DNA of 39,548 bases from Myxococcota bacterium. Its GTDB lineage: Bacteria > Myxococcota_A > UBA796 > SXON01. The DNA lies in assembly GCA_040386535.1 (NCBI GenBank), contig JAZKFH010000058.1:1-39548 (forward strand). Direction: 5' to 3'. The notes beneath the pieces were generated by a model. That model did no database searches, had not been told where the DNA came from, and was given only the letters and a program-made list of their open reading frames with translations. Positions 37,485-39,548 of this stretch are shown here, piece by piece; position 1 is the first letter of the stretch; every line of letters starts with the position of its first letter. Made by a program: the position numbers and the translations under genes.

Positions 37485-37976
37485 CGGGGGGCCTCGGGCG
37501 GGTCCCTGGTATCGAGCTTGGGGTCCGCGCGGAGAGAATGTCCAATGCGGACATCATTGAGAAGCGGGCCCTCGGGGCGCGGCCGCGTCCCTGGCGCGGC
37601 GCCAGGGCCGGTCCCGTACGGGCTTCGCTGCGCTCGGTCGGCGCGCCCGCGGCGGGCACGCCGGACCGGCCGGGCGGACCCGGCCGCCCTCCCGGCACCT
37701 CGCGGGGGTTGCGCCGAGGCTTCTACGTGTTCGCGACGTGCGAGCGCGCGGCGGTTCGGCTCGGGAGCACGTGGGGCCGCGTTGCGCTCTTCGGTGACGA
37801 CGCCGCGCTCGACGAGGGCGTGCGCGCGGCGGCGGTGTCGGCGGTCCCCCACCGCCCCGATTGGTCGGGCGGACGCCGTCTCTCGGCGGCGGGTGGGCGC
37901 GGCGGTTGCGTCGGCGCGACCGAGTGGGAACCTTCGGCCGAACCTGGAAGACCGCGCTGCCGCCCTCTGCCACAGT

Positions 37977-38015
37977 GCCGAGGGGCCGAAGGGCCGAGGG
38001 GCCGAGGGGCCGAGG
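37977..38015. repeat. 8-bp tandem repeat GCCGAGGG (about 5 copies)
   Basis: GCCGAGGG GCCGAAGG GCCGAGGG GCCGAGGG GCCGAGG. Confidence 0.8.
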
Positions 38016-38157
38016 CTGCGTAGCTTCGCGCGGCCGGTTGGAACCCCCGCTTGTACGCTGTGGCGTGAGGTCGGTTGCCGAGAGCTCGTGCCTGTCTGGT
38101 GGGTGCCGCTCCGGACGAACCCCCACGTGAGGGACTCCTGCGGGTCGCCACCGTGGG

Positions 38158-38464
38158 ACCCGACAGAATTGGCTTCACTACCCGCACTGAGCCCCGTTCT
38201 GTCGGGTCCGTGGGGCCCGCCTGGGCCTTCCTCGCTCCCTCTGGTGGGCGAACACCTGAAAAGATGGCGTTCGTCCGTGTCGGCGCGGCGCTGCCATGGT
38301 CGCGCACGGGGGCACAGGCTCCAAAAACCCGACAGAATTGGCGTCACGACCCGCCCCGACGCCCGTTCTGTCGGGTCGTGCGCCCACGGCGTCGCGCCCC
38401 GCGCGCAGGCCGGTGGCGGACATGCCCGCCCCGCGCGCAGGCCGATGGCGGCATGTCCGCCACC
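38158..38464. repeat. Cluster of palindromic elements: duplicated 51-bp hairpin (38158-38208, 38327-38377) plus two other hairpins (38246-38276, 38412-38464)
   Basis: ACCCGACAGAA...TTCTGTCGGGT twice, with 6 of 51 differences all internal; GGGCGAAC..GTTCGTCC; perfect 15-bp inverted repeat GGTGGCGGACATGCC/GGCATGTCCGCCACC. Confidence 0.85.
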
Positions 38465-38582
38465 GCTCACTTCCCGTCCGGGCGGCGGCGCGGGCCGGCC
38501 GAAGCCGGTCGCCCTCCCGCCACTCGCGGGGGGGCTCGCGACGAACCCTCACGAACTCGCCGGTTCGGGACTATGGTTGCTC

Positions 38583-39197
38583 ATGCTCTTCTTGGCGATG
38601 GCCTGTGGTTCGAACCAGATGTTCTCCATCACCTGCCCCGAGACCACGGCGGTGATCGCGCCCTCCGACGGCTCGGCGCTCGGGTTCTCGCCCGCCGACG
38701 CGCGAGCGTTGGTCCCCGACGAGCAGAGCCTCGCCGTCCGGTGGGACGAGGAGAGCTATGGCCCCACGGAGGAGACGTTCACGGTCGCGGTCTCGCCCGT
38801 GGGTGACCCGCTCCGCGTCGACAAGGAGGAGGGGGACGTTCCGGATGCCTGCCGCCTCGGCACCTCGCTCCGCGTGCCGCTGTCCATCTCGGTCTTCGCG
38901 TTCGATGGCGGGCTCATCGCAACGTTCCCCGGGCAGATCGACGCCTGGTCGCTTGACGAGGTCACCTGGGGCATGTCGGACCACGCCGACGTGACCCTCA
39001 CGGCTGACTTCGCCGACGAGGCCGATGCCGTCGCGCACGACCGGTTCCCGGGGCCCGCCGCCACGAATTGGCGCTTCCGGCTCTGGGGCACGCCGACCGG
39101 CGGCGCGGTCGACCTCGGGTACCACCGGACCGACGCGGGCGGCACCCACGTAGCGGGGCTCCTGGGTGGCACGTGGGGGGACGCGGAGGTCGAGTGA
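38583..39197 (+). CDS. Hypothetical lipoprotein (about 204 aa)
   Basis: C-terminal part of track ORF 36468..39197; lipobox-like LAMAC followed by acidic globular sequence. Start may be TTG 38577. Confidence 0.65.
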   Translation: MLFLAMACGSNQMFSITCPETTAVIAPSDGSALGFSPADARALVPDEQSLAVRWDEESYGPTEETFTVAVSPVGDPLRVDKEEGDVPDACRLGTSLRVPLSISVFAFDGGLIATFPGQIDAWSLDEVTWGMSDHADVTLTADFADEADAVAHDRFPGPAATNWRFRLWGTPTGGAVDLGYHRTDAGGTHVAGLLGGTWGDAEVE

Positions 39198-39285
39198 AGG
39201 GGGGCCCGGCGGGGGGGTGGTCGGGACGACTGGAGTCCAGGAGCTCGCCACCGACGCCCCAATCGCGGGCGGGGGCCCCCCCGCA

Positions 39286-39512
39286 GGGCCATAGGTCATG
39301 TCGCCATGAATGCACGCGGCACGGAGTCATGCCGGGTTGAATGCTCGGATCCAGGCTGCGAGCGCCCGGCAGATGCCGAAAAAGGGCCGTTACTCCGTGG
39401 TGGCAGCCGTAGGCAGGCCTGACTCGAGGGGCATCAACCTGATTCAGCGGCGTTCATGGTGGCATGACTCCGATTTAGCGGCGTTGAGGGGGGCATGACC
39501 CAATGCCGTTGA
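39286..39512. repeat. Element of inverted 31-bp-periodic motif arrays (MITE/IS-end-like or operator array)
   Basis: Left arm GTCATG..TGAATGC at 39295 and 39326; right arm GGCATCAA/GGCATGAC at 39430, 39461 and 39492; the arms are mutually complementary. Confidence 0.65.
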
Positions 39513-39548
39513 CTTAGCGCGAAAGAGATCGTCCAAATTCCACTTTGG

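Overview
A very GC-rich bacterial chromosome segment. The many lipoproteins with Asp-Thr linkers, the parS-like palindromes and the gene content suggest Myxococcota or a relative, but this is inference. From left to right it contains: a Zn-metalloprotease, a degenerate lytic-transglycosylase-like lipoprotein, an alginate-export-type porin divergent from nrfHA (CxxCH-type NrfA), an orphan Doc toxin with a mutated active site, an M29-like peptidase, a four-lipoprotein operon with two arylsulfotransferase-like beta-propellers, a 34-aa basic sORF, a Septu/PtuAB-like ATPase+HNH defence pair, a lipoprotein peroxiredoxin split by an in-frame UGA with a SECIS-like hairpin (probable selenoprotein), potABCD, a sulfatase-like hydrolase, a phosphodiester glycosidase, a DUF4157-PG-binding-NlpC/P60 putative effector, an FG-GAP lipoprotein, a heme/Cu monooxygenase-like protein, yhbY, a TrmH-family methyltransferase, def, a ferredoxin, a UshA-like CxC protein paired with a tetraheme cytochrome, a GT87 glycosyltransferase and an ECF41 sigma factor. 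Non-coding highlights are four dispersed parS-like palindromes, two intergenic clusters of duplicated ~50-bp hairpins with stem-preserving substitutions, and a ~220-bp element near the right end built from inverted arrays of 31-bp-periodic motifs. All family calls come from reading motifs by eye; no database searches were run.
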